A stretch of 64,000 bases of DNA from Chlamydiales bacterium (GCA_965206695.1 CBDBKM010000008.1:96001-160000); one strand, 5' to 3'. Counted from the stretch's first letter, positions 10,674-21,648 are shown. The notes: generated by a model from the sequence alone, not told the origin. A program made the numbers and translations.

Positions 10674-12143
10674 ATGTATCCCGGACCTATATCACCATTA
10701 AATAGTTCGAATATTCCGGACGATAACGATAGAAATAAGAGAAAAAAGAGAAAACGCTCAGATACGAGTGATTTTGAGCGTCGCTTAAAGGCAGAAAAAA
10801 GTAAGGAAGAGCAAGTTAAGAATGAGATTGCAAAAGTAGATTCAACTAGTGCCGGTGGTAAAGAATTTGAAGAGAGAAAAGAACAATTAGCAAGACATCA
10901 CCAACGTCTTAGTGCAATAGAAAATGAAATAGCACGTGCTTTGAATCAGGCTAAACAACCATCTACATCAGAAAACAGCAGTGGTCATAAATTTCAGGAA
11001 GCATCTCAAGAATTAGCAATAAAATTAACCAAATTAAGAGAAGAAAAAGAAAAATTACAAAATCAAATTAATGAGCTGTCCGGACAGGGGGTAGGAAGTC
11101 AAAGATCTCAAGAGATATCCGGTACTAAAGAAGATGATACTTTGTCTGTTCAGAATGAAATAAAGCGATTTGATGATGTGGGAGGTGCTTCTAAAACTCC
11201 GTTAAAAGGGCCTTTAGATGTCTATGCTGATAAAGAAAAAGAGATGAATGTTGCTACAGAGAAAAATAAACTCAGCGGAGTAGCAGATACAGATACTGCT
11301 AACTCCAAAACAGAGGCTGAAACTAATAAGACTTATGATAACCGGTCAGTTGATGATAAATCTCAAGGAATCGCAACATCTTCTCAACAACAACCGGATT
11401 CTAAGGAGCCGGGTCAAGCAGGGCAAGCTAACAGGGAAGCACAGGAACCAACTAAAGCCGCTACTACAACTGATGTTGAGCAAGCCGGATTTCCTGCCTC
11501 TTCTGTTAACTCAGAACAAAAATCGAGTCTTGCCGGTAATAAACAGGCTGTGGGTGCTGAGGATAAAACAGTAGCAGGGGCTAAAGGGACATCGGAAGAG
11601 ACGGTTCATAGTAAGCAGGCTCAAGAAACTGATCTTAATGTTGAGAAAGGCAAAGATAAAGCCTTAGAGACAAAAAAAACGGTGGTTTCGGGAGAACAAG
11701 TGGAGACTAAAGAGAAAAAAACTGATCAAGCTTCAATGTCTCAAGCTATCGCGGCAGGAGCAGGAAGCATGGCGGCATCATCAGCTGATGTTGAAGGCTT
11801 AAAAGGTGCTTATGGCGCTCAAATAACCGACTTAGCAACGAATTATCAAACTGAAGCTCTAACTAGTGCTAATAAAGAATCACAGATGAGTCTAACATTT
11901 AATGCACCGAATACTCCCTTGCATAATGTAACGGTGACAATGACAACAGAAGCGTTGAATCCTTTTCAAATGAATTTAACTTTTAGTAACCTAACTCCCC
12001 GGGCCAGGACATTTCTTATAGAAAACAGAGATATGTTTCCTAAGATGTTAGGGGCTCGTTCTATAACTGTTCATCAGGTTAAAATGGAACCTGATACTGA
12101 AATTTATAACAGAACAGTTGCAAGAGAAGACGAAGCGGGTTAG
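10674..12143 (+). CDS. sctP: T3SS needle-length ruler (CdsP-like)
   Basis: Long disordered region with folded C-terminal T3S4-like domain; between sctO and sctQ. Confidence 0.65.
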   Translation: MYPGPISPLNSSNIPDDNDRNKRKKRKRSDTSDFERRLKAEKSKEEQVKNEIAKVDSTSAGGKEFEERKEQLARHHQRLSAIENEIARALNQAKQPSTSENSSGHKFQEASQELAIKLTKLREEKEKLQNQINELSGQGVGSQRSQEISGTKEDDTLSVQNEIKRFDDVGGASKTPLKGPLDVYADKEKEMNVATEKNKLSGVADTDTANSKTEAETNKTYDNRSVDDKSQGIATSSQQQPDSKEPGQAGQANREAQEPTKAATTTDVEQAGFPASSVNSEQKSSLAGNKQAVGAEDKTVAGAKGTSEETVHSKQAQETDLNVEKGKDKALETKKTVVSGEQVETKEKKTDQASMSQAIAAGAGSMAASSADVEGLKGAYGAQITDLATNYQTEALTSANKESQMSLTFNAPNTPLHNVTVTMTTEALNPFQMNLTFSNLTPRARTFLIENRDMFPKMLGARSITVHQVKMEPDTEIYNRTVAREDEAG

Positions 12144-12161
12144 TAAATAGAAATATTACCA

Positions 12162-13403
12162 TTGAAAGCTGGAAAAGATATTGTGACGACTAAACAACAC
12201 TACGATTGGCTTAATTACATTGAGAAGATTATCATCGAACAAGACGGTATTCCTTTGCTCGGTAATACACCATCTTTTCCATTAGGAGAATTTGCTATAA
12301 AATTAAGGCAGCGTTTTCATATTGAAGAATTACAAGTAAATGCTGAAGCCATTAGATGGCGTTCTATTGATGAGTTATGGTCAGGTTTAGGAGAAGATAT
12401 CAGCTATGTTAATTTTATCATCTCCCCTATAGAAGGAAAATTAACTCTGGCGATAGCAGCAGAAGATCTCAATAGAGTGTCTGCCTGGATGTTAAGCAAA
12501 CAACAAAAACCCATTCATTTAGATCAGCCTTCTTTAAGAGAAGGCTTGAGTAAATTCTTAGCAGCGGAATGTTTTAGTCTAATTGATTCCTTAGGCTTTT
12601 TGGAAGAATTATCGCCTCGGTTATGTTCAGATAATAGACGAATAAGTGAGCCTTCTTTAGGCATGGATATTACTTTGCAAGCTTATGATCAAACGGCTAG
12701 CTGTCGGTTAATTATTTCCCCTGCTTTTCGACAAGCATGGGTACAACACTTTAAGCAAAAACCGGCAGTTTTTTCAGAAGAATTAAAAGACGGCTTAGAA
12801 ATTATCACTCATTTGGAGGTAGGCAAGATTGATCTGACACTCGCTCAATGGGCAGATGTGACAGAAGGCGACTTTGTTCCTTTAGATACACATTTTTATG
12901 ATCCCATCCTTAAGAAAGGACGCCCGGTTCTTACTGTAGGAGGAAAACCTATCATGCGAGCCCAGGTTAAACCCGGAGCAGTGAAGCTTGTTGAATACCC
13001 TTTTTATTATGAGGAAGAAAATGTCATGGAAAATAATGAAAATAATGAAGAAGGCTTTTCAGAAGAAGAAGAATTAAAAGATGAGCTTTTTGAGGATATA
13101 TCTGAAGAAGAAAAAGAGAATGATGAACAACAAGAAGGAGAAGGTCTAATACAGGACCTGGCCGTAGAGGAAGACAGACAGCTGATTTCTCCTGATGAGA
13201 TTTCTTTGACAATTTCAGTGGAAGTTAAAAGGATTCGAATGTCAGCCAGGAAATTATTAGAGTTACGTCCCGGCAACCTATTAGAATTGGATGTGCATCC
13301 CGATAGTCCCATATCGTTAGTTACCAATGGTAAATCAATTGCTAGAGGGGAGCTTATTCGAGTAGGAGAAGTCTTAGGTGTTCGTATTTTAGAAATTGGT
13401 TAG
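12162..13403 (+). CDS. sctQ: T3SS C-ring protein (CdsQ)
   Basis: Two SPOA-type domains; C-terminal LLELRPGNLLEL...RGELIRVGEVLGVRILEIG. Confidence 0.92.
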   Translation: MKAGKDIVTTKQHYDWLNYIEKIIIEQDGIPLLGNTPSFPLGEFAIKLRQRFHIEELQVNAEAIRWRSIDELWSGLGEDISYVNFIISPIEGKLTLAIAAEDLNRVSAWMLSKQQKPIHLDQPSLREGLSKFLAAECFSLIDSLGFLEELSPRLCSDNRRISEPSLGMDITLQAYDQTASCRLIISPAFRQAWVQHFKQKPAVFSEELKDGLEIITHLEVGKIDLTLAQWADVTEGDFVPLDTHFYDPILKKGRPVLTVGGKPIMRAQVKPGAVKLVEYPFYYEEENVMENNENNEEGFSEEEELKDELFEDISEEEKENDEQQEGEGLIQDLAVEEDRQLISPDEISLTISVEVKRIRMSARKLLELRPGNLLELDVHPDSPISLVTNGKSIARGELIRVGEVLGVRILEIG

Positions 13404-13520
13404 GTAATCCTATTAAAGAAATTGGTTAGGTAATCCTATTAAAGAAATTGGTTAGGTAATCCTATTAAAGAAATTGGTTAGGTAATCCTATTAAAGAAAT
13501 TGGTTAGGTAATCCTATTAA
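13391..13520. repeat. Perfect tandem repeat, 5 x 26 bp
   Basis: AGAAATTGGTTAGGTAATCCTATTAA at 13391, 13417, 13443, 13469, 13495; no spacers; first unit contains the sctQ stop. Confidence 0.97.
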
Positions 13521-13589
13521 ATATCTCTCCCATTCTAACAAGAGTCATTCGATAGAAATATAATTAAAAATTCTACTTGAGCTAAAGCT

Positions 13590-15185
13590 ATGACGGAGGA
13601 CCAGTTTCACAAAGCGCTAACCGAACCGGCTGTGATGCTTAATAAAGATAGGCAAAATCCTATTACTAATATTCCTGAGTCAATTGGCCCCTATAAAGTG
13701 GAGAGCCTTTTTGATCGAGGAGGGATGAGTTTACTTTATTTAGGAACTCATCCGATCACTAAAGAACCGTTAGTTATAAAAGTTTTGTCCCAAAAATTTC
13801 TCTTTTATCCTGAAATAGTCAGTCGCTTTCTTAAAGAGGCGGAAATCATAGAGATGGCGAAACATCCTAATATCGTCAAACTCTATGGTCATGGACGATG
13901 GGAAGGTGGACTCTATATTTCTATGGAGTTTATTCAGGGAATTTCTCTAAGGCAATTGATTCTTCAGAATTCCATTTCAATTAAGCGATCGTTAGAAATT
14001 ATCCTTGAGACAGCTCAGGCTCTTGGTCATTTACATACACATGGGGTTATACATCGAGATTTAAAACCGGAAAATATTCTTCTTACAGAAGAAGGCGGAA
14101 TCAAAGTTATTGATTTTGGAATAGCGCAATTACAAATGGATTCTAATGGACACAGACTAACACAACATCAACGTTTGATGGGAACTCCAACTTATATGAG
14201 TCCCGAGCAAAAGGAGAACCCTCAAACAGTTTCGTATCAATCAGATATTTATTCTCTTGCAATTATCACCTACGAATTAATTTTAGGTAAATTATCTCAT
14301 GGTGTTATTCAGCTTTCATTAATGCCAAATGGGTTGAAACAAATTCTTGAAAAAGCTTTAAGACTAGATATTAGTGAGCGTTATCAAAATATAAATGAAT
14401 TTGTGACGGCCATTTCATCTTATTTAAATGAAGAGGGAAATAGTAGCGAATCAGCATTGTCGGGAATGCCTGATTTCATTCAAAATGCCACAAGCTTTCT
14501 TTTGCCGTTAAAATACCCTCATTGGAAAGCAGTTGAATTAAATATCATTCCTTATAATCCGGCTACCGTGTCCGGTAATTTTTATGAGTTCATAACATTT
14601 AAAAATAATACCTTAGGTATTATTTTTGCTTGGCCAAATAACAAGGAGGCTGAAGGACTTTTATTAAGCGTTTCCTTTCAAGGAATGATACGAGCCCTAG
14701 CCTTTCATTTTCACTCCTTTCAAGAAGAGAATACGAGTCAGGCTCAAGATTTTTTAAGTGATTTGAATCAACTGCTTATGCAGCATTTCCCATCAGAATT
14801 ATTTACGGTTTCTCTTCTTTTACTTCATCCAACTTTAGATCAATTACAATATATTACTTGTGGCAAAGGGGTTCTTTGGCTTATTCCAAATGAGGCTAAT
14901 CAATTAAGAAAGTTAGAAGCTTTAAATCCTTTTTTAGGGTCATCAAGAACAACGGATTTTTTTGAAGCTACTCATAATTGGAATATAGGGGATTCCCTGG
15001 TTTTAATTGCCTATAGTGAAGAAAAAAAGATAGAAGATAAATATTTCGAGCAGGCTATTAATGATGTTTTACTTATTCCGCCCAAAAGACAGCCGGAACT
15101 GATTTTACACAAATTGAACTTACAAACTACATCAAAAAATAAAGATAGAATTCTAACTTTGATGAGCTTACAGAGAAAGGGTTAA
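13590..15185 (+). CDS. pkn5: Ser/Thr kinase with C-terminal SpoIIE/PP2C-like domain (Pkn5 homolog)
   Basis: GGMS, VIK, HRDLKPEN, DFG, GTPTYMSPE; between sctQ and sctC. Confidence 0.85.
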   Translation: MTEDQFHKALTEPAVMLNKDRQNPITNIPESIGPYKVESLFDRGGMSLLYLGTHPITKEPLVIKVLSQKFLFYPEIVSRFLKEAEIIEMAKHPNIVKLYGHGRWEGGLYISMEFIQGISLRQLILQNSISIKRSLEIILETAQALGHLHTHGVIHRDLKPENILLTEEGGIKVIDFGIAQLQMDSNGHRLTQHQRLMGTPTYMSPEQKENPQTVSYQSDIYSLAIITYELILGKLSHGVIQLSLMPNGLKQILEKALRLDISERYQNINEFVTAISSYLNEEGNSSESALSGMPDFIQNATSFLLPLKYPHWKAVELNIIPYNPATVSGNFYEFITFKNNTLGIIFAWPNNKEAEGLLLSVSFQGMIRALAFHFHSFQEENTSQAQDFLSDLNQLLMQHFPSELFTVSLLLLHPTLDQLQYITCGKGVLWLIPNEANQLRKLEALNPFLGSSRTTDFFEATHNWNIGDSLVLIAYSEEKKIEDKYFEQAINDVLLIPPKRQPELILHKLNLQTTSKNKDRILTLMSLQRKG

Positions 15186-15358
15186 CAATAAAAAATTTGA
15201 AGAAAAAACATGAAAAAGTTTTGTTCTAATATATTGTTTTTTTCTGTACCTTTAAATATACTCTCTCTGTATCAAACAATGACTATTGTTTTAGTCCATT
15301 TTACGACACGATGAAGAAGAAAAGGGGCTTAGTTTTAATTAAGATGCACATATAATAA

Positions 15359-17722
15359 ATGATCGACATGTTGAACAAGCAATCGGCGATATCCATCTTT
15401 GTATTTTTGGCTTTCATTACTAACCTAAGTAGTCACTTGCTTTTAGCTGATGAAAAAGATAATCTTCTTGCAACTTTTTCTCAAGTTGACGAAAAGAGTG
15501 GAAATGAGTCTGAGTATTATCCTGAAGTTGCTGTGGAAGTCTTTTTTGCGGGAGCTAATGCTGAAATGGCTCAAAATCAGCCGTCAAGTTCTTTTGAAAA
15601 TCCATATATTCCTGTAGGGTATAGACAATCGCTGCCTCAAAGAAATCCTAATATTCAAAAAAAGCCATCAGACGCTTCTCATGCTGTTCCTCAAAGTCAG
15701 AGAAAAGAACAAGCTGATGCTTTAGAAAAAGCAAACCGTTCCTTAGTGCAATCTAAAGCGCAATCAGGACCTTGTTCTAAAGACCCTCTTCAAGAAGGAT
15801 ATATTATCAATTTCAATGATGTGAGTGTCATTGAATATATTCGTTTTTTAAGTAAGGTTACGAATGCTAACTTCGTTTTTGAAGAGGCAGATCTTAATTT
15901 TAATGTTACAATAGTTGCTGAAGAACCGACTAGTATTGATGATATCCGATCAGCACTTTTGCAGGTTCTTCGTGTGAATGGACTTGCTTTAGCAGAAGAA
16001 GGCAATAATGTTATCATACATAGAAATCCTGAAGTCGCTACAGTAGCTAAAGTCATAAGTGATGAGTTAGATAATATTTGCGATGGTACCGAAGCTTTAA
16101 TTACGCGCGTTTTTAGACTCAAAAATATCAATCCTATGCGTCTGGCTACTATTATATCTCCAATGGTTTCAAAGGGTGCTATAGTAGAAGTTTCTCCTGA
16201 GACACACCATCTTGTTGTCACAGATGTCACGAGTAACGTTGAGAGGATAGGTGAATTACTTAAGAGCTTGGATAATCCCAATGCGGCCTTTGAAGTGGGG
16301 ACTTTCCAACCCAAACATACTTTTATTAACACATTAGTCCCATTAGCCGAGAAGATCTTATCTCCCATGCTAGAGGGGCAGCCGATGATTATGGTTCCTC
16401 AAGAGGCATCGGATACCATTTATATCGTATCTAGTCCTAGTTTAGTAGAGAGGGCAATAGATCTTTTAAAGATGCTGGATATAGGAAGCCACAGTCCTTT
16501 TGAATTACCGGACGGACATATCGAAAAAACACATTTTTACGTGTATAAATTACAGTTTCATAAAGGGGATACAATTAAAACGGCTTTGGAAGATATAGGT
16601 GCTGATCTTGCTAAGACCGGTGCTATGAATATGAACCTGATGTATACGATAAATAGCGCTCAATGGATAGAAGCGACTAACTCTTTATTATTCATAGGAG
16701 ATAAAGAGTCGTTAGAAAAAGTTAAAGAATTATTAGCCGCTTTAGATGCTCCTTTAAAGCAAGTGTTTATAGAAGCTTTGATTATCAAAACGACGATAAA
16801 TAACTCTATTAACTTTGGTGTTCAATATGGTGCAAGAGGTAGACGTTTTGATGATGTTTCCGGTACAGGATCTTTAATCACAACTTCCGATCCCAATTCA
16901 GGCAATGCGCAGATTCCTAATATTTTACACGCCTTAGCGACGACAACAGGAGGATCAGTTCCGGTTGCTGCTTTTGAAAATACGTTAGGCCTCAACACCG
17001 GTGTGATTGGTAATGCTATTAGTGCCGGTGGTAACCTGTTTTTTGATATAGCGGCTCTTGTCAGCGCTTTGCAAACGGATACAGATACCGATATCCTAAT
17101 GAATCCCAAAATAGTGACTCAAGATACCATTCCGGCTACCTTATTTGTAGGTTCTACCAGACCTTATCAGACTAATTCTATTCTTCAAGCCGGAGGATCG
17201 GGTAGCTCTAATAATTTTGTAACGGCAAGTATTGAATATAGAGAATTAGGGATGACATTGAATGTAACTCCTTATCTTGGCGATTCAGATATGATTACTA
17301 TGGAAATAGTACAAGAACTTAGTTCCTTCGATTCAAATGCAACCGCTTCTTCAGGCGGTGGTTCCGCCGGTAGTTCGAATTTTACTTTGGTGCCTATTAC
17401 AAGTAATTCGAAAACAGCTACAAGAGTCCATGTGCCGAATGAGCATTTCTTGATTTTAAGTGGTATGGTAGAAGAAGATGCTTCTAGAAGTAAGAGTGCT
17501 ATTCCTTGTCTTGGTGGTATTCCGATTTTAGGTAATTTCTTAGGTAGTAAAACGAATAGTATGAATAGAGATAATTTAATTATCTTCTTACGTCCTCATA
17601 TTATTAATACATCAGAACAAATCAAAAAAGTTACGGATCGTGAAGAAAAGTTTTTCAGCGAAAAGAGCAAAACGGATAGCTTTCTTGAAAATTCAGTAAA
17701 GCTATGGAATATGAAAAAATGA
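15359..17722 (+). CDS. sctC: T3SS secretin (CdsC)
   Basis: Signal peptide, INFNDVSVIEYIRF, KQVFIEALI, IPCLGGIPILG, LIIFLRPHII. Confidence 0.93.
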   Translation: MIDMLNKQSAISIFVFLAFITNLSSHLLLADEKDNLLATFSQVDEKSGNESEYYPEVAVEVFFAGANAEMAQNQPSSSFENPYIPVGYRQSLPQRNPNIQKKPSDASHAVPQSQRKEQADALEKANRSLVQSKAQSGPCSKDPLQEGYIINFNDVSVIEYIRFLSKVTNANFVFEEADLNFNVTIVAEEPTSIDDIRSALLQVLRVNGLALAEEGNNVIIHRNPEVATVAKVISDELDNICDGTEALITRVFRLKNINPMRLATIISPMVSKGAIVEVSPETHHLVVTDVTSNVERIGELLKSLDNPNAAFEVGTFQPKHTFINTLVPLAEKILSPMLEGQPMIMVPQEASDTIYIVSSPSLVERAIDLLKMLDIGSHSPFELPDGHIEKTHFYVYKLQFHKGDTIKTALEDIGADLAKTGAMNMNLMYTINSAQWIEATNSLLFIGDKESLEKVKELLAALDAPLKQVFIEALIIKTTINNSINFGVQYGARGRRFDDVSGTGSLITTSDPNSGNAQIPNILHALATTTGGSVPVAAFENTLGLNTGVIGNAISAGGNLFFDIAALVSALQTDTDTDILMNPKIVTQDTIPATLFVGSTRPYQTNSILQAGGSGSSNNFVTASIEYRELGMTLNVTPYLGDSDMITMEIVQELSSFDSNATASSGGGSAGSSNFTLVPITSNSKTATRVHVPNEHFLILSGMVEEDASRSKSAIPCLGGIPILGNFLGSKTNSMNRDNLIIFLRPHIINTSEQIKKVTDREEKFFSEKSKTDSFLENSVKLWNMKK

Positions 17723-18672
17723 TAAGGCCTTGTTTCCTTTTTATTGCTTTTTTCTCCCTTATACTGAGCTCTTGTTACCGGGTGCAAAGAACCATTGAGC
17801 CTGTCCTGGTAGCTCCTTCTGTTCCTTTAAACATAGCAACGACTCATTCTCCTTTTCCAATATTGAATGAGGGTGAGTATGCTCAGGATTGGACTAAAGA
17901 ATACCGTATAGGCATTGCGTTTGTTCGTGAAGGGGATTACTACCGCGCTATCACAACTTTTAAACGTGCTCTTGTTCTCTTGTCCGATGAAAATGAAAAC
18001 AGAAGAGATGAAATAGAATATGCCATTGTCTTAAGTTATTATTTAGCTCAGAAATATCCGGAAGTCATTCGCAGTTTTGAAAATGGACATCTAGTCTATG
18101 CCCATTCTAATTTTGTTGCTTATCATGATCTTTTAATCATTCTTTATGACAGTTATGAAAAAAATGATAAGCTTGATAGAGCAAATCAAATTAAACAAAT
18201 TATCGAACATACCTCGCCTGAAGAGGCTAAAGATTTATTTTTAGCGAGTGCTATTGCCGGCGGCAAGGCCGAAATGGTTGAAGAGCTGGGCTCTAAAATC
18301 GAGAATGGGGAATATATTCAAATTCTCATGCAAGGTTATAGTCGAAAAAAAAAATCAATAGAGAAAGCTCAAACCTTTAGTGCTCTATTACCCGGTAGTG
18401 GTTATGCATATATCGGCCAGCCCAAGTCTGCTATCACTTCCTTTTTATTGAATGGCCTTTTTATCACAGCAGCCACACAATTCTTTCTTAATCATTATTA
18501 TGCAGCAGGAGCCTTTACAACAGCTTTAGAGATTGGTTGGTATGTGGGAGGGATATATGGAGCAGGAGAAGGTGCAAGGCATTATAACAATGTGTTATAC
18601 AGCAAATATGGGCAAAAAATTATGTCTCAAGAAAAATGCTTTCCGATTGGGAAATTGAACTATGTCTTTTAA
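17719..18672 (+). CDS. TPR lipoprotein with C-terminal TM2-like membrane segment
   Basis: ATGA overlap with sctC stop, lipobox LSSC, DYYRAITTFKRAL TPR, SALLPGSGYAYIG. Confidence 0.7.
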   Translation: MIRPCFLFIAFFSLILSSCYRVQRTIEPVLVAPSVPLNIATTHSPFPILNEGEYAQDWTKEYRIGIAFVREGDYYRAITTFKRALVLLSDENENRRDEIEYAIVLSYYLAQKYPEVIRSFENGHLVYAHSNFVAYHDLLIILYDSYEKNDKLDRANQIKQIIEHTSPEEAKDLFLASAIAGGKAEMVEELGSKIENGEYIQILMQGYSRKKKSIEKAQTFSALLPGSGYAYIGQPKSAITSFLLNGLFITAATQFFLNHYYAAGAFTTALEIGWYVGGIYGAGEGARHYNNVLYSKYGQKIMSQEKCFPIGKLNYVF

Positions 18673-19036
18673 GTTTTTGTTTGTCCTTTTATACTTGAGC
18701 ACGACGCTTTTTTCCGATTTTGGCCCTTGGGGAATAGATGCTGATTTAGCATCTGAAAAAAAACCCATTGAACAGCCCCAAAAAATAACACCTGTCAATC
18801 GGGTAGGTATTCACCTCATTCATTTTTATCAGAATGTAATCTCTCCCGCTAATGGTCCTAAAAGTCACTACGCACCCTCCAGTTCACTTTATACCCTTCG
18901 AGCTATGCAGAAGTATGGGTTTATTAAAGGATGGATTATGGGCTGTGATAGGCTTATGCGAGAAAATGATGAAGAATGGTTTTATCTTACGATACCTGTG
19001 GGAAAATCCCATAAAATGAAATGGGATCCGCCTTAA
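18662..19036 (+). CDS. yidD: YidD-like membrane protein insertion efficiency factor
   Basis: FYQNVISP...PSSSLY...KYGFIKGWIMGCDRLMR. Confidence 0.75.
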   Translation: MSFKFLFVLLYLSTTLFSDFGPWGIDADLASEKKPIEQPQKITPVNRVGIHLIHFYQNVISPANGPKSHYAPSSSLYTLRAMQKYGFIKGWIMGCDRLMRENDEEWFYLTIPVGKSHKMKWDPP

Positions 19037-19075
19037 ACTTTCGGCAGGAAGATGAAGTAGAGGGTAAATCGCATA

Positions 19076-19370
19076 TTGACAGCTCCCAACCCTAAAGGGG
19101 AAGGGGTTCCTCATTCACAGACCACAGCTAACAAAAGAGTTAGTCTAACATGATCTCCAAAGGCTTAAATTACCGACTGCCCTTCGGTATATATTATAGG
19201 CTGCATTAAAATCTCTGTCATGCTTAATTTTACAATTTGAGCACTCCCAAGTTCTTATGTCGGGGGATATTTTCCCTTGTTTATGACTGCATGCAGAACA
19301 CTTTTGTGTACCGGGAAAATAGTGGTCTAATTCTACTATATTTCTCCCGTACCACTCGCTTTTATATTTT
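19076..19370 (-). mobile_element. tnpB: IS200/IS605 remnant: tnpB 3' fragment plus right end/omega-RNA scaffold
   Basis: Minus-strand KYKSEWYGRNIVELDHYFPGTQKCSACSH...WECSNCKIKHDRDFNAAYNI, then ACCGAAGGGCAGTCGG...GAACCCCTTCCCCTTTAGGGTTGGGAGCTGTCAA. Confidence 0.85.
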
Positions 19371-19869
19371 AAAAAAGTTAAAATCTATCAGAGATATAGG
19401 GTTACATTTTGTTACCGGTTTGCGTAAAAATAGAAAAGTTAATCGAAATGTAAGTTTGGAAGATTTGGATATTCCGTATGAAGGGCTAAGCATTCACTTG
19501 CGTGGTTATGGTTTTATTACGGCTTTCAAGTTTGTGACCAAAAACGGTCGCATTGATTATGTGGTCACTAATATTAAAGAACCTAGTTGTCATGATGTTG
19601 AAAAAATCATGAAGATTCGTTGAAAAATAGAAGTTTATCATAGAGAATTGAAACAAACTTGTGGCCTTAAGCGCCGGCAGTCTCGTAACGCACGAGCGCA
19701 ACGAAATCATATTTTTATGTCTATTTATACTTGGTTACACAAATTTAAGCGAAGGAGGCGAGATAAAATCTCGTTTTATCAAGAAGATCGGGAAATGATA
19801 AAGCCCGCTATTATTTTAAATATGAATCATATTTTGGCTATATGTTAACGCTTACGCGCGAAACTCCTG
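19371..19869 (+). mobile_element. IS701-family transposase remnant (3' half, internal stop)
   Basis: LRKNRKV...IHLRGYG...DYVVTN...*KIEVYHRELKQTCG...RAQRNHI; ends CGCGAAACTCCTG. Confidence 0.8.
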
Positions 19870-20317
19870 TCTATATAGAACGGCTTATCTCGAAATATAA
19901 CTAAGTTTCTTTCATTCATATCAATCAAGTCTTTTTCGGTTATCAATCTTGTTTTGATTAAATCAGAGATCTGTTTCATTTGACCAATCGATTGCTTCAG
20001 AACCTAGAAAATCGGTTAATATGATTGGGGATATCTCCATTTTTCAAAGTTAAATATTTGGGCGATGTTGTTTACCTTTTAGTTCTCTATATCAATCTAC
20101 ATAGTCAGGTGCGTCTTTTCCATTCATGTTCTTTACATGTTTGAATTATTATAAGTTAGGCGGAATATTAAAATTAAATATAAATGTATGTGATTTAAAC
20201 TAGAATAGTTAACAAAAAAGTATATATATTCTTTTTAGGTCTTATCTATTTCATTAATCGGTTTGCTTTTAATGGTTTTTTTATTATAATTTTTAGTAAA
20301 ATAAATTTTGAAAAATT

Positions 20318-21634
20318 ATGTCTAAGCATCTTAAATTAGCTATTGTAGGTAGGCCTAATGTAGGCAAATCGGCTCTCTTTAATCGTATCTGCGGAAGACG
20401 TATTGCCATCGTTGATGAGGCCGAAGGTGTGACCCGAGATCGTTTATATAAAGAAGTTGTCTTAATGGATAGACCCTGTCAGTTGATTGACACAGGTGGT
20501 GTTAATGCTCAATCAAAAGCGGTCTTTAATCAAGAAATAAAAGAACAAGCGGAATTAGCTATTGCTGAAGCAGATGCTTGTATTTTAGTTGTCGATGCGA
20601 TTGTTGGACTAACGGATCCGGATTTAGAAGTTGGACGCATGCTTTTGAAAGCAAAGAAGCCTCTTTGTGTAGCGGTTAATAAAGTAGATGATCCAAGTAA
20701 AGAAGTCTTAGTACATCAGTTCTATCAATTAGGTATTCAAGATATGGTACCTGTATCAGCAGCACATGGATTAAATATGGCTACTTTAATCCAAATTATC
20801 TTGGATAAAACCCCGGTAATAGAAGAAGGGTATGATACCGTAGATCATGCGAAGGTAGCTATCGTTGGAAAAACGAATGTGGGTAAGTCGACCTTGATTA
20901 ATAAGTTGTTAGATGACACAAGATGTATTGTCAGCCCAATTCCCGGTACAACAAGAGATAGTATTGATGTCAGTATTGAAGCTGATGGAGTTCCTTATAC
21001 CTTTATTGATACAGCAGGTATTAGACGCAAGCATAGTGAATTAGAAGTTGTGGATAAGTTCGCTACTATACGTACGGCAAAAGCCATTGAAAGAGCAGAT
21101 GTTTGTTTGATGATGTTGGATGCGATAAGCGGTGTTAGTCATCAGGATAAAAAAATATTAAATATGATAGAAGAAGCCGGAAAGGGCTGTATTATCATCT
21201 TTAATAAGTGGGATCTCATCAAAGAACATCGCATGGAGCATCTTCTGCAAGCTGTTAGACAAGAGTGCCCTTTTGTCAACCATTGCCCTATCTTAATTAT
21301 TTCTGCTTTGCAGGGAAAACATTTAGATAAGATCTTTACTCAGATTGAAGTGGTATATAGAGAAGGAAATCGTACTGTTAATACTGCTAAACTTAATCAA
21401 TTTCTTGTGGATGCACAGATAAAACATCATCCACCGATGTTAAAGGGTAGGCGTCTTAGAATTTACTATATGACTCAGTTCCAAACACAGCCACCGCAAT
21501 TTCTTTTATTTTTGAATAAAAAAGACAATATGACCAAAACGTACTTGAAATATTTATATAATCAGTTTCGTCTAACTTTTGGTTTTATAGGGAATCCTGT
21601 TAAGTTTATTCTAAAAGGCAAGAAGTCTACTTAG
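20318..21634 (+). CDS. der: Ribosome biogenesis GTPase Der (EngA)
   Basis: Two GTPase domains (GRPNVGKS, GKTNVGKS, DTAG, NKWD) plus KH-like C-terminus. Confidence 0.97.
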   Translation: MSKHLKLAIVGRPNVGKSALFNRICGRRIAIVDEAEGVTRDRLYKEVVLMDRPCQLIDTGGVNAQSKAVFNQEIKEQAELAIAEADACILVVDAIVGLTDPDLEVGRMLLKAKKPLCVAVNKVDDPSKEVLVHQFYQLGIQDMVPVSAAHGLNMATLIQIILDKTPVIEEGYDTVDHAKVAIVGKTNVGKSTLINKLLDDTRCIVSPIPGTTRDSIDVSIEADGVPYTFIDTAGIRRKHSELEVVDKFATIRTAKAIERADVCLMMLDAISGVSHQDKKILNMIEEAGKGCIIIFNKWDLIKEHRMEHLLQAVRQECPFVNHCPILIISALQGKHLDKIFTQIEVVYREGNRTVNTAKLNQFLVDAQIKHHPPMLKGRRLRIYYMTQFQTQPPQFLLFLNKKDNMTKTYLKYLYNQFRLTFGFIGNPVKFILKGKKST

Positions 21635-21648
21635 TGAGAAGAAGAGAC

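Noticed and set aside
13391..13520. CRISPR array
   Set aside because: The units are contiguous with no spacers, and no cas genes are present
15790..17109. Antisense ORFs in sctC (and similar shadow ORFs such as 13007-13327, 32250-32732, 47055-47429, 53813-54055)
   Set aside because: They overlap well-supported genes on the other strand or frame and have no motifs
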